Shown here: positions 27,243 through 35,647 of the stretch, in pieces
Position numbering within the stretch: position 1 is the first letter of the stretch
Layout of the letters: every line of letters starts with the position of its first letter
Assembly (NCBI GenBank): GCA_039028435.1
Contig: JBCCIC010000001.1
Location: 396,240-460,239, forward strand
Direction: 5' to 3'
Length of the DNA stretch: 64,000 nt
Origin: Actinomycetota bacterium
GTDB taxonomy: Bacteria; Actinomycetota; Acidimicrobiia; Acidimicrobiales; UBA10347
Translations under genes and position numbers: made by a program
The notes under the pieces: generated by a model
The model's database searches: none
What the model saw: the letters and a program-made list of their open reading frames with translations, nothing else
Told to the model about the DNA's origin: nothing

Positions 27243-28406
27243 GTGACTGCAGGTGACACCCAACCGACGCAATCCCTCCCGGTGCGCTTCGGTTGGGTGT
27301 CGCTGTTCCAGGACCTCGGCTCGAAGATGGTGGTGCCGATGGTCCCGCTCTTCCTGGCGACCACCTTGAGTGCATCACCGCTCGTCATCGGGCTCGTAGA
27401 TGGGATCGCCGCCGCCACCGTCGCCGCATCGGCACCGTTCGCAGGTCGGCTCACGAGCCGCTTCGGACCGCTGCCGCTCACCCGCGCCGGGTACGGCCTG
27501 TCGTCGATCGCCAAACCTGCGCTCGCGCTGGCAACCGGGTGGGGTGTCGTCCTGGCCGTGCGTGTGGTCGACCGGCTGGGCAAGGGTGTCCGCGACGCGC
27601 CCCGGGACATGCTGCTCTCAGCGGCCGGCAAGGATGACGAACGCGGCCGACGGTTCGGCGTACAACAGGCCATGGACAAGTTCGGGGGCTTCCTCGGACC
27701 ACTCGCCGGGCTCGGCCTCTATCACCTGTTCGACGGGTCCTTCCGCTGGGTCTTCGTCGCGGCGTTCGTGCCCTGTGTGATCAGCGTGATCGTGCTCTGG
27801 CAGATCCGCGCTGACGATGGCGCATCCCATCCGGTCGACGCGCCGGGCGAGCCTCTCAGCACGACCACTGCGCAGCGACGGCTGCTGTTCGTACTCGCCG
27901 GCAGCACCCTCTTCACCGTGCCGACCGGACTGTTGCTGCTCCGCGGTCTCGAACTCGACGCCGGCATCAGCGCACTGCTCGGCGCATTCGCCGTCCATCG
28001 CTTGGCGACCGCGGTCTGCGCCGTGCCCGCCGGCCACCTGACCGATCGACATGGACCAGCCGTCGCGGTCAGGCTCGGGCTGACGTGCCTGGTCGCCGCG
28101 TTGGCGATCGCCACGACCGACGCCGGCTGGGGAATATGGCTCGCGCTCGGTCTGGTCGGTGTCGCCGATGCCCTCTTGCGAACCGGCGCCAAGACGTGGC
28201 TCGCTGCCCTCGGCCCGGTCGCGGCCCGGGTCGGCGCGTTCGGGTCCCTTGCGTCGGTCAACGCAGCCGCAGCGCTCGGCGCCGGCGTGATGTTCGGCAC
28301 CCTGTGGGCGGACAGCGGACGCACGTCCCTGTTCGTCGGCTGCATCGGTGTGGCCATCGCCGGTTTTGCGTCGCTCGGAATCTCGGCTCACGAGCGAGCG
28401 GACTGA
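27243..28406 (+). CDS. MFS transporter
   Basis: 387-aa polytopic protein with an MFS-type loop (VVDRLGKGVRDAPRD). Confidence 0.8.
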   Translation: MTAGDTQPTQSLPVRFGWVSLFQDLGSKMVVPMVPLFLATTLSASPLVIGLVDGIAAATVAASAPFAGRLTSRFGPLPLTRAGYGLSSIAKPALALATGWGVVLAVRVVDRLGKGVRDAPRDMLLSAAGKDDERGRRFGVQQAMDKFGGFLGPLAGLGLYHLFDGSFRWVFVAAFVPCVISVIVLWQIRADDGASHPVDAPGEPLSTTTAQRRLLFVLAGSTLFTVPTGLLLLRGLELDAGISALLGAFAVHRLATAVCAVPAGHLTDRHGPAVAVRLGLTCLVAALAIATTDAGWGIWLALGLVGVADALLRTGAKTWLAALGPVAARVGAFGSLASVNAAAALGAGVMFGTLWADSGRTSLFVGCIGVAIAGFASLGISAHERAD

Positions 28407-28445
28407 TAGGTATGCCACCTATCGTGCATAAGGCATGGCTATACC
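28404..28445 (+). promoter_or_regulatory. Two TAGG/TAAGG boxes directly upstream of and overlapping the binding-protein start
   Basis: TGATAGGTATGCCACCTATC contains the perfect inverted repeat GATAGG-N7-CCTATC. CATAAGGCATGGCTATACC overlaps ATG 28435. Confidence 0.4.
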
Positions 28446-29631
28446 TGTCCGCCGAATCGCCTCTCTACTGGCTGCCCTTGCGCTGACCGTCAGCGCATGT
28501 GGCAGCGACGAACCACTGGGCCAAACGCCCAGCGAAGCACCCGCGGCTGCATCGAGTTCGGCGATGTCCGACCTTGGCCAGGACGAAGCGGAGGAAGACA
28601 CCGATCGGGACAACCCCTCGACCGGCGACGAGTCGAGCTCCGCATCGCCATCGACGGCGTCTGCCACGACGACCGCAACACCGGAACCACCTGCCGAGGA
28701 TGCGCCGGAAGAAGACGAAGGAGACGCAGACTCGACCGATGCCGACACTGCTGAACCCGAGTCCTCGACTCGAGTCGTTGAGCACGCACTCGGCACGAGC
28801 GAGATTCCGACACGACCCGAACGCATCGTCGTGATGGACCCCGGCACGATCCTGCCGACGTTGCTCACGTTCGACTTGCCGATCGTCGCCGCACCCTTGC
28901 CGGCCGAGCCGTTCCCGACCGTGCTGGTCGACGAAGACGACCTGGCCATGATCGCATCGGTCGGTTTGTCCGACGTCTCACTCGAACTCGTCGCCGCGGC
29001 ACAACCCGACCTGATCGTCGGGTTCGACGCCGGCTTGACCGACACGTACGACCAGCTGACCCAGATCGCCCCGACCGTCGCCGTCGGTCTCGACCTCAAC
29101 GACTGGCGGGCAACCGCCGAGGAGATCGGTCGGGTCGTCGGCATCGACGAGGAGATGGCCGAAGCCCTGGCGGAGTACGACGCTCGAGTCGCACAGTTGC
29201 GGGCCGATTTGGGTCCGGCGATCGACACCGAGGTCTCGGTGGTGCGTGCGCTCGGTCAGCTCATCCGCCTGCACACCCGATTCCACTTCGCCGGGCAAGT
29301 ACTCGACGACGTCGGCCTCGCCCGTCCGGCCACGCAGCAAACAGACGACCCCGAAACCCGCCTCATCCAGATCTCACTCGAAGATCTCGGGCAGGCCGAC
29401 GGTGACATCCTGTTCGTGTTCGGCGCCGGCTCACTCGGCAGCCTCGGTGGCGACGAGGTTGACCTCACGATCCAGGCCATCACCGAGCACCCGCTGTTCC
29501 CGACACTGCGCGTGGCCCAGAACGACGCCGTGGTGGTCGTCGACCCGCTTGGTTGGCAACAGGGCGGTCTCCCCGCCGCGAATCTGATCCTCGACGACCT
29601 CGAACGTGCGCTCGTCGGCTCCAGCTCCTGA
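28435..29631 (+). CDS. Lipoprotein, iron-siderophore class III ABC substrate-binding protein
   Basis: Lipobox TVSAC, a ~100-aa acidic Ser/Asp/Glu linker, and a PBP body (VVEHALGTSEIPTRPERIVVMD). Confidence 0.85.
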   Translation: MAIPVRRIASLLAALALTVSACGSDEPLGQTPSEAPAAASSSAMSDLGQDEAEEDTDRDNPSTGDESSSASPSTASATTTATPEPPAEDAPEEDEGDADSTDADTAEPESSTRVVEHALGTSEIPTRPERIVVMDPGTILPTLLTFDLPIVAAPLPAEPFPTVLVDEDDLAMIASVGLSDVSLELVAAAQPDLIVGFDAGLTDTYDQLTQIAPTVAVGLDLNDWRATAEEIGRVVGIDEEMAEALAEYDARVAQLRADLGPAIDTEVSVVRALGQLIRLHTRFHFAGQVLDDVGLARPATQQTDDPETRLIQISLEDLGQADGDILFVFGAGSLGSLGGDEVDLTIQAITEHPLFPTLRVAQNDAVVVVDPLGWQQGGLPAANLILDDLERALVGSSS

Positions 29632-29673
29632 CCCTCAGCTTCGCCGCGACAGCCGCTGGGTCGTAGCCGGTGC

Positions 29674-30531
29674 GTGCGCGACCATGGCCAAATGAACGCC
29701 CCGACCTTCGAGCACGTCCTGTATGACGTCGACGAACGCATCTGCACGATCACGCTGAACCGCCCGGACAAGCTCAACGCGATGAGCGCGTCGTTGCTGC
29801 GAGAGCTCGAAGACGCATTCAACACGGCGAAGGCCGATGCCGATGTCTCGGTCGTACTCCTGAAAGGCGCGGGCCGATCGTTCTGCGCCGGCTACGACCT
29901 CGCCCCCGACGACTGGATCCTGTCCCAGTACGGCGCCGACTTCGAGGGGCCGGTCGACGCGGTCGTCGACCGCGATGACGTCAGCGAGATCCTCGAGCGT
30001 TGGCTCCGCCTCTGGAAGTTCCCCAAGCCGATCATCGCGAAGGTGCAGGGCGTGTGTCTCTCCGGCGCCGGCGAGCTCTTGGGCGTCGCCGACCTGGTCG
30101 TTGCCGGCGAGGGTGCGCGTTTCGGCCACCCAGCCGGACGCGACCTCGGTATCCCGGTCACGCTCTCGTTCTGGCCGATGCTCATCGGCATGCGCAAGAC
30201 GAAGGAGTTGCTGTTCACCAGCAAACTCATCGATGCGACCGAGGCGGAACGACTCGGCTTGATCAACCAGGTCGTTCCGGACGACGAACTCGACAACGCC
30301 GCGCTCGCGATGGCGAAGGATGTCGCTCGCACCGCGGACATCGGACTCCGCATGTCGAAGCTTGCGACGAACCGCTGGTTCGAGAACATGGGCCTGCTGG
30401 CATCGTGCTACTCGACCGCCGATCTCGACACCTTCTTCCATCAGAGTCCCAGCTATGTGGACTTCTTCCGGGCGGTGCGCGAACGAGGGATGGACGCAGC
30501 GCTCCAAGAGCGGGCGGAACGCTACGGCTGA
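29674..30531 (+). CDS. Enoyl-CoA hydratase/isomerase (crotonase) family protein
   Basis: ITLNRPDKLNAMS...LKGAGRSFCAGYDL oxyanion-hole region. The start could instead be ATG 29692. Confidence 0.85.
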   Translation: MRDHGQMNAPTFEHVLYDVDERICTITLNRPDKLNAMSASLLRELEDAFNTAKADADVSVVLLKGAGRSFCAGYDLAPDDWILSQYGADFEGPVDAVVDRDDVSEILERWLRLWKFPKPIIAKVQGVCLSGAGELLGVADLVVAGEGARFGHPAGRDLGIPVTLSFWPMLIGMRKTKELLFTSKLIDATEAERLGLINQVVPDDELDNAALAMAKDVARTADIGLRMSKLATNRWFENMGLLASCYSTADLDTFFHQSPSYVDFFRAVRERGMDAALQERAERYG

Positions 30532-30575
30532 ACGAACTGGAACCCAGTGGAGCTCCGGCATTCAGCCGCAAAGTC

Positions 30576-31154
30576 TCATCCGGCGGGCTTGGGCTTCACA
30601 CCAGGCCGAAACGCGGCGACGTGTTCGGGGTCGGTCTCGAGGTACGGGCCGTCGATCAGGTCGACGCAATACGGAACGGCGGCGAAGACGGCATCGAGGC
30701 ATTCGGCGATCGCCTTGGGTTGGCCGGGCAGATTGATCACGAGCGCACCCCCGCAGATTCCCGCGGTCTGTCGGGAGAGAATCGCGGTCGGTACGTACTG
30801 CAGCGATTCGGTTCGCATCGCTTCGCCGAAGCCGGGCAACATCTTGGCGCACACTGCTTCGGTTGCCTCAGGGGTCACATCCCGAGCCGCAGGACCGGTG
30901 CCGCCTGTGGTCAGGACGAGGCAGCATCCACGCTCGGCGAGCTCCACGATCGCCCGCTCGACCTCAGCCTGCTCATCGGGAACGACCATCGAATCCGGCT
31001 CCCAGGCCGAGGTCAGTACTCGTTCGAGGTAGGCGAGGATTCCCGGACCTCCCCGATCCTGGTACTCGCCGCGACTGGCGCGATCGGAGACGGTCAGGAT
31101 GCCGATTCGGGCAGGCGTGGAAGGGGGCGGCGCATCGGTTGGTTCAGACGTCAC
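30576..31154 (-). CDS. mog: Molybdopterin adenylyltransferase Mog
   Basis: Collinear with E. coli Mog from memory: RIG.L.VSDRAS.G.YQD.G, LVLTTGGTGPA.RDVTP.AT, MPGFGE.MR..SL..VPTAILSRQ, LPGQPK.I.E, VPYC..L..GPY.ET.PE.VAAFRP. Confidence 0.9.
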   Translation of the reverse strand: MTSEPTDAPPPSTPARIGILTVSDRASRGEYQDRGGPGILAYLERVLTSAWEPDSMVVPDEQAEVERAIVELAERGCCLVLTTGGTGPAARDVTPEATEAVCAKMLPGFGEAMRTESLQYVPTAILSRQTAGICGGALVINLPGQPKAIAECLDAVFAAVPYCVDLIDGPYLETDPEHVAAFRPGVKPKPAG

Positions 31155-31174
31155 GGGGTCACTCTAGATCACGA

Positions 31175-31196
31175 ACAAAATGAGACTCATTCTTGT
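31175..31196. promoter_or_regulatory. Fur-family-like palindromic box (AATGAG-A-CTCATT core)
   Basis: ACAAAATGAGACTCATTCTTGT has a perfect 6-1-6 core with extended arms. It lies in the AT-rich divergent region between mog (-) and the flavoprotein gene (+). A 15/17-identical copy is at 35225-35241. Confidence 0.45.
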
Positions 31197-31226
31197 TTTT
31201 GACCCAGGCTTTGTTACGGTCGACCC

Positions 31227-32444
31227 GTGACCTCAGCCGCCACCGAAACCGATGTCTGCGTGCTGGGCGCCGGCCCGCACGGGCTGGCGATGGCGACACA
31301 TCTCGCGGTGGCAGATCCGACGCTCGATGTCACGGTTCTCGACCACGCCGATCGCTGGCTCGCGACCTGGAACACGCAATTCGAGCGGGCCGAAATCACG
31401 ACGCTGCGGTCGCCGATCGTGCATCACCCTGCACCCGACCCGTTTGCGCTGGATCGATTCGTATCCGAGTTCGGTCTCGCCCGATCCGGCCTTCCGTATG
31501 ACCTGCCGACGATCGACGCGTTCGCCCAGTTCTGCGCGGCGATGATCGAACACCTCGACCTTGCGCCGCCTCGGGCCACGCCGGCCTATCAGATCCGCAG
31601 CGACGGTCGGTCGGTTCGCCTCGAAACTGGCGACGGCACGCTCACCGCTCGGCATCTGATCATTGCGGCGAATCCCCATCAGCGACCGATCCCCGACTGG
31701 GTCTGGCCGATCCTCGGGCGCGAGCCGGGACTCGTGACACACGGGTACGACGTTGACCTTCGCGCCCAAGACGACCTCACGGGGCGGACGGTCGTCGTCA
31801 TCGGCGGCGGCTTGACCGCGGCCCACCTTGCCCACGGCGCAGCGACCCGCGGTGCCCACGTACAGCTGATCAGCCGCCGCAATCTGAGCGTGCGCAGCTT
31901 CGATACGGCACCCGGATGGCTGGGCCCCAAGTACCTGACCGCGTTCGATGCAGAGGCAGTCCCCGCCCGCCGGTTATCGATCGCCGGTCGGGCCCGGTCG
32001 GGTGGAAGCATCCCAGAGTGGATGCACACCCGACTGGGCACCTTCGACGGTCCCGGATCGGTCGATCTCTGCGAGGCCACCGTCGTACGCGAGGCGGAGA
32101 TCCTCGCCGACGGCGGGTGCGTGCTCGACCTCAGCAATGGCGCTCAGACCCGCGCCGACCATGTCTGGTTGGCCATCGGGACCCAGCCCGATGCCTACGG
32201 CCTCAAAGCCCTGCATTCGCTGCTCGCCGACGTCGCGTGCATCAACGGCTATCCGATCATCGACCGCAACCTGCAACTCGGCCCGCACCCAGCCTTCGTC
32301 ATGGGCCGACTGGCGACGATCGCGCTCGGGCCGGCCGCTGGAAACCTCTGGGGCGCACAACGAGCTGCCCATCGGATCACGCAGGCGATCACCGGCGTCG
32401 ACCTCGCGTCGGAGCCCACGAGCCTCAACCGCGCTTCCCGCTGA
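31227..32444 (+). CDS. FAD/NAD(P)-binding oxidoreductase (two Rossmann motifs; N-hydroxylase/FMO-like)
   Basis: VCVLGAGPHGLA at the N-terminus and a second motif VVVIGGGLTAAHLA. The exact family could not be resolved by eye. Confidence 0.7.
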   Translation: MTSAATETDVCVLGAGPHGLAMATHLAVADPTLDVTVLDHADRWLATWNTQFERAEITTLRSPIVHHPAPDPFALDRFVSEFGLARSGLPYDLPTIDAFAQFCAAMIEHLDLAPPRATPAYQIRSDGRSVRLETGDGTLTARHLIIAANPHQRPIPDWVWPILGREPGLVTHGYDVDLRAQDDLTGRTVVVIGGGLTAAHLAHGAATRGAHVQLISRRNLSVRSFDTAPGWLGPKYLTAFDAEAVPARRLSIAGRARSGGSIPEWMHTRLGTFDGPGSVDLCEATVVREAEILADGGCVLDLSNGAQTRADHVWLAIGTQPDAYGLKALHSLLADVACINGYPIIDRNLQLGPHPAFVMGRLATIALGPAAGNLWGAQRAAHRITQAITGVDLASEPTSLNRASR

Positions 32445-32493
32445 TCGAGCCAGCCGCGAACCGACCCGCGGACCGACAGCGGGCCGACGCCGC

Positions 32494-33780
32494 TCAGCGC
32501 GGGTGGCGGCCTCGATCGCCTGCGAAGCTCTTCTCGTTGCCGGCAACCGCGGCGACGATGTCATCGGGCGTGGCGATCGTGGTCTCGGCCTCGGTCGGTG
32601 CGGCCGACGCTGCCAACAGAGCGAGCGTCGATCGGCACAGCTTCTCGTCGTCGAGCACGCCCACGCGCCGGCCGAGCTCCATTGCGGCCATGGCCGGCTT
32701 GGCGAGATGCGGCAGGTGTTTGTGCCAGGTGTTCGGCACGCCAAGCTCATCGGCGACCTGCTCGCCGGCCCAGTAGCGGGTGAACCCGTAGAGCAGCTTG
32801 CGCAGCCGCAGCGGCGGAAACATCGCCGTCACGACCTTCGGGAAGACATCGAGGTTCGGGGCGTCCTCGCCTTCTTGGGTCGCCAGCTCGATGAGTTGGC
32901 GAACGAGGTTCCGACACTCGTCGTCAGCACCCGGATCGAGACCGAGATAGATGTCGGCGAGCTGGCGTCCGTGCGCAACATCGCGATGCAGCAGGTGCTC
33001 GGGGACCCCCATCACCCAGCCGATATACCGCCAGAGCGCGTAGATGTCCTCGAGCTCCTGATCCGAGAAGCGAACCCCGACGGCGATCAACGGATCGACC
33101 ATCGCCTGGGTGAAGTCGTAGGAGATCGCGTAGAGCCCGTCGGTGTGGGCCATCGGCATGCCCCAGTCGTCCCAATCCCAGTGGGGGCTACGGGCACATT
33201 GCTTGCGGACCATCGCGTGAAGAAGACGGACTTGGGCCGAGAGCTTGAAGCCTTCGCTGAACCGCTCCATCCCGCCCGGCGAGACCGCTTCGACGAGCCA
33301 GCGAGTCGTCTCCTTGGCCCGCACGTAAGCATTGTCGGCAAGGCGCCCGGTGAAGACCACCGGACGGGAGATTCCATAGGCCTGCTCACTGCCGGCGATG
33401 ACCGAACACGTCAGAGCGAACGAGACCATGGGCCCGGCGCGGAAATAGGCGATGGAGCCGCGGCGAAGCTGTTCGTCGTCGACCCAGTCCGGCCGATTGT
33501 CGAGCAGTTCGAAGAGCCGCACCAGCGAATCCGGAGGGTCCTCGACGGTCTCGATGCCATGATCGAGGGCCTGACGGAACATGCGTCGTCCGGACGCACC
33601 CGGCAGGGCGGCGAAATCATCGAGCACCTCGAGTGCCAGATCGTCGGCCGTCATGTAGCCATCGATCACCGGCTGGACGGCGGCCTCGCCGTGTCGGGCC
33701 ATGACCTCGGCGACGTTGGCACAACGGCCGAGCTCGTGTGGAGCCACCGTCACCCGGTTCTCGAACACCGTTGCAGCCAT
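32494..33780 (-). CDS. MpaB/DUF2236-family oxygenase-like protein
   Basis: 428 aa containing VRLLHAMVR and overall resemblance to the ER-bound oxygenase MpaB / rubber-oxygenase catalytic domain family (assignment from memory). Confidence 0.65.
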   Translation of the reverse strand: MAATVFENRVTVAPHELGRCANVAEVMARHGEAAVQPVIDGYMTADDLALEVLDDFAALPGASGRRMFRQALDHGIETVEDPPDSLVRLFELLDNRPDWVDDEQLRRGSIAYFRAGPMVSFALTCSVIAGSEQAYGISRPVVFTGRLADNAYVRAKETTRWLVEAVSPGGMERFSEGFKLSAQVRLLHAMVRKQCARSPHWDWDDWGMPMAHTDGLYAISYDFTQAMVDPLIAVGVRFSDQELEDIYALWRYIGWVMGVPEHLLHRDVAHGRQLADIYLGLDPGADDECRNLVRQLIELATQEGEDAPNLDVFPKVVTAMFPPLRLRKLLYGFTRYWAGEQVADELGVPNTWHKHLPHLAKPAMAAMELGRRVGVLDDEKLCRSTLALLAASAAPTEAETTIATPDDIVAAVAGNEKSFAGDRGRHPR

Positions 33781-33849
33781 ACGTCCCCCTCGGTCGACAC
33801 CACCATAGATCGGTGCCGTCGGGTGAGCGAGTGGCGACCCGGTGCGGGC

Positions 33850-34485
33850 TTAGCTGCCGGCTGCAGGCAGGTGATGGCCGAGCTTGCTGGCCTTCACCCC
33901 GAGGTAACGCTCGTTGTGCTCGTTCGGCGGGATCACGACCGGCACGCGCTCGACGACGTCGACGCCGAGTGCACGTAGCTCATCCACCTTGCGAGGGTTG
34001 TTGGTCAGCAGGCGAATGGGCCCGACATCGAGGTCATCGAGGATCTCCGCGGCATCGCGATAGGTGCGCTGATCCGCCGCATAGCCGAGCGCCTCGTTCG
34101 CCTCGACCGTGTCCAGGCCATCGTCCTGCAGCCGATACGCACGCATCTTGGCGGTGAGGCCGATCCCGCGACCTTCCTGATCGAGGTAGACGACGAGCCC
34201 GACACCCTCGGCGACGATCATCTCGAGCGATGCGTGCAGCTGTGCGCCACAGTCGCACCGAAGCGAGCCGAAGATGTCGCCGGTGACGCAGGACGAGTGC
34301 ACACGGACCAGCAGCGGCTCCGTTGCCGATGCGAGGTCGCCGGCGATGATCGCCGCGTGGTGCGCACCACCCGTGCCGTCGTAGGCGTAACACGTGAACG
34401 TGCCGAATGCCGTCGGCAGCTTCGCCGGACCACCGCGACCCCGCTCAGGCGCAGCTCGCCCATCGGGCAGTGGGTTGACACTCAC
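33850..34485 (-). CDS. ribA: GTP cyclohydrolase II (monofunctional RibA)
   Basis: VRVHSSCVTGDIFGSLRCDCGAQL (Zn-ligand Cys triad), YLDQEGRGIGL and LLTNNPRK. GTG 34485 lies 2 nt after the upstream stop. The track start at 34584 overlaps the ATPase gene. Confidence 0.9.
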   Translation of the reverse strand: MSVNPLPDGRAAPERGRGGPAKLPTAFGTFTCYAYDGTGGAHHAAIIAGDLASATEPLLVRVHSSCVTGDIFGSLRCDCGAQLHASLEMIVAEGVGLVVYLDQEGRGIGLTAKMRAYRLQDDGLDTVEANEALGYAADQRTYRDAAEILDDLDVGPIRLLTNNPRKVDELRALGVDVVERVPVVIPPNEHNERYLGVKASKLGHHLPAAGS

Positions 34486-34487
34486 GG

Positions 34488-35201
34488 TCAGCGCCGGTCG
34501 GGTCGCGGGCCGATCCCGAGAAACTCCGTCACCTGAGGATTGGCGAGTGCCTCGGGGGTCGGAGCACAGCAGATGCACGCGCAACAGAGGGCCACGGTGA
34601 GCTCGGCTTCGGCGGCCTCTCGGACGCTGTGCGTCGCGTAGACGACGGTGACGCCTTCGTCGGCAACCTCGCGAATGACCGAACGAAGACGTTCCCGTGT
34701 TGGCACGTCGACACCCGTGGTCGGTTCGTCGAGCAGCAGGATGGGGGCCTTCTGGGCGAGACCCTGAGCAAGCAGTGCCCGCTGACGCTGGCCGCCGGAC
34801 AACGCGTGAATCGGCGTGCGGCGATGATCGATCAGGTCCACGCGTTCGAGGGATTCCTCGACGATCCGGCGATCCGATTTGGTCATTGGACGCAACAAAC
34901 CGCGCGCCCGATACCGGCCCTGTCGCACGACATCTTCGACCGTCAACGGCACCTGCGGGTCGATGTCGGTCGTTTGGAGCACCTCGGCGGCCTCGCCCTC
35001 GACCTCGACCCGCCCGCGCGATGGTCGAAGCCGACCGCTGATCAGCCCCAACAATGTCGACTTCCCGCCACCGTTCGGCCCGACCACCGACGTGACCGTG
35101 CCGGCAGGGATCTCGAAGGTGACGTCCTCAAGCGCGAGGCGCTTTCTGCGGTGGGCGTCGACTCGCTCAAGCCGGATCGCCGACTCGGTTCTCGGCACCA
35201 C
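34488..35201 (-). CDS. Metal-type (ZnuC/MntB/AztA-like) ABC ATPase, orphan, with an internal CCACICC cysteine cluster
   Basis: GTG start. GPNGGGKSTL, LSGGQRQR, LLLDEPTTGVD and YATHS. Codons 34566-34586 encode C-C-A-C-I-C-C. No cognate permease or binding-protein gene is adjacent. Confidence 0.85.
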   Translation of the reverse strand: MVPRTESAIRLERVDAHRRKRLALEDVTFEIPAGTVTSVVGPNGGGKSTLLGLISGRLRPSRGRVEVEGEAAEVLQTTDIDPQVPLTVEDVVRQGRYRARGLLRPMTKSDRRIVEESLERVDLIDHRRTPIHALSGGQRQRALLAQGLAQKAPILLLDEPTTGVDVPTRERLRSVIREVADEGVTVVYATHSVREAAEAELTVALCCACICCAPTPEALANPQVTEFLGIGPRPDRR

Positions 35202-35224
35202 ACCACCCTAGGGCGCTTCATCCG

Positions 35225-35241
35225 AATGAGACTCACTCTCG
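35225..35241. promoter_or_regulatory. Second copy of the AATGAGACTCAYTCTYG box
   Basis: AATGAGACTCACTCTCG lies 24-40 nt upstream of the ATPase GTG (35201). It is 15/17 identical to 31179-31195. Confidence 0.4.
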
Positions 35242-35265
35242 CTACAAGCCGTGAATTCCGCCCAT

Positions 35266-35301
35266 ACATAGCGACATTGCAATATTGCACCGTTACTATG
35301 T
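35266..35301. promoter_or_regulatory. ArsR/SmtB-type operator candidate (imperfect 18/18 inverted repeat with a perfect 12-bp core)
   Basis: ACATAGCGACATTGCAAT|ATTGCACCGTTACTATGT. The core TGCAATATTGCA (35278-35289) is a perfect palindrome and the outer ACATAG/CTATGT arms are perfect. It sits immediately upstream of the regulator start. Confidence 0.5.
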
Positions 35302-35305
35302 TTCC

Positions 35306-35647
35306 GTGCCCCGTCGACCTTCGACCCACCACACCGACCAAGCGTTCATCGAGAGCGCCGAACTCCTCAAGGCGATGGCGCATCCACTGCGGCTCTCACT
35401 GCTCTCGTCGCTTGTCGACGAGCCCAAGTGCGTGCACGAGCTCGTCGAGTCGAGCGGAGCGACCCAACCGCTGGTGTCGCAACACCTGCGAGTCCTGCGC
35501 GCCGCGAGCCTCGTTCGCAGCGATCGCCGCGGCCGTGAGGTCGTCTACGCGATCGCCGACACCCACATCCACCACATCGTGATCGACGCCGTCGACCACG
35601 TCCGAACCGAAGGAGATCACCATGGCCCCCACGTGCACGATGCATAA
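35306..35647 (+). CDS. ArsR/SmtB-family metal-responsive transcriptional repressor
   Basis: HTH region LKAMAHPLRLSLLSSLVDEPKCVHELVESSGATQPLVSQHLRVLR. An alpha5-like ligand string (ADTHIHHIVIDAVDHVRTE) and a His-rich tail (EGDHHGPHVHDA). The alternative TTG start at 35285 lies inside the palindrome. Confidence 0.85.
   Translation: MPRRPSTHHTDQAFIESAELLKAMAHPLRLSLLSSLVDEPKCVHELVESSGATQPLVSQHLRVLRAASLVRSDRRGREVVYAIADTHIHHIVIDAVDHVRTEGDHHGPHVHDA

Noticed and set aside
35277-35290. Similarity of TTGCAATATTGCA to the Streptomyces Nur box (TTGCAA-N5-TTGCAA).
   Set aside because: The hexamer spacing is N2 rather than N5, which does not fit the Nur architecture. An ArsR/SmtB-type operator next to its own regulator gene is the simpler reading.
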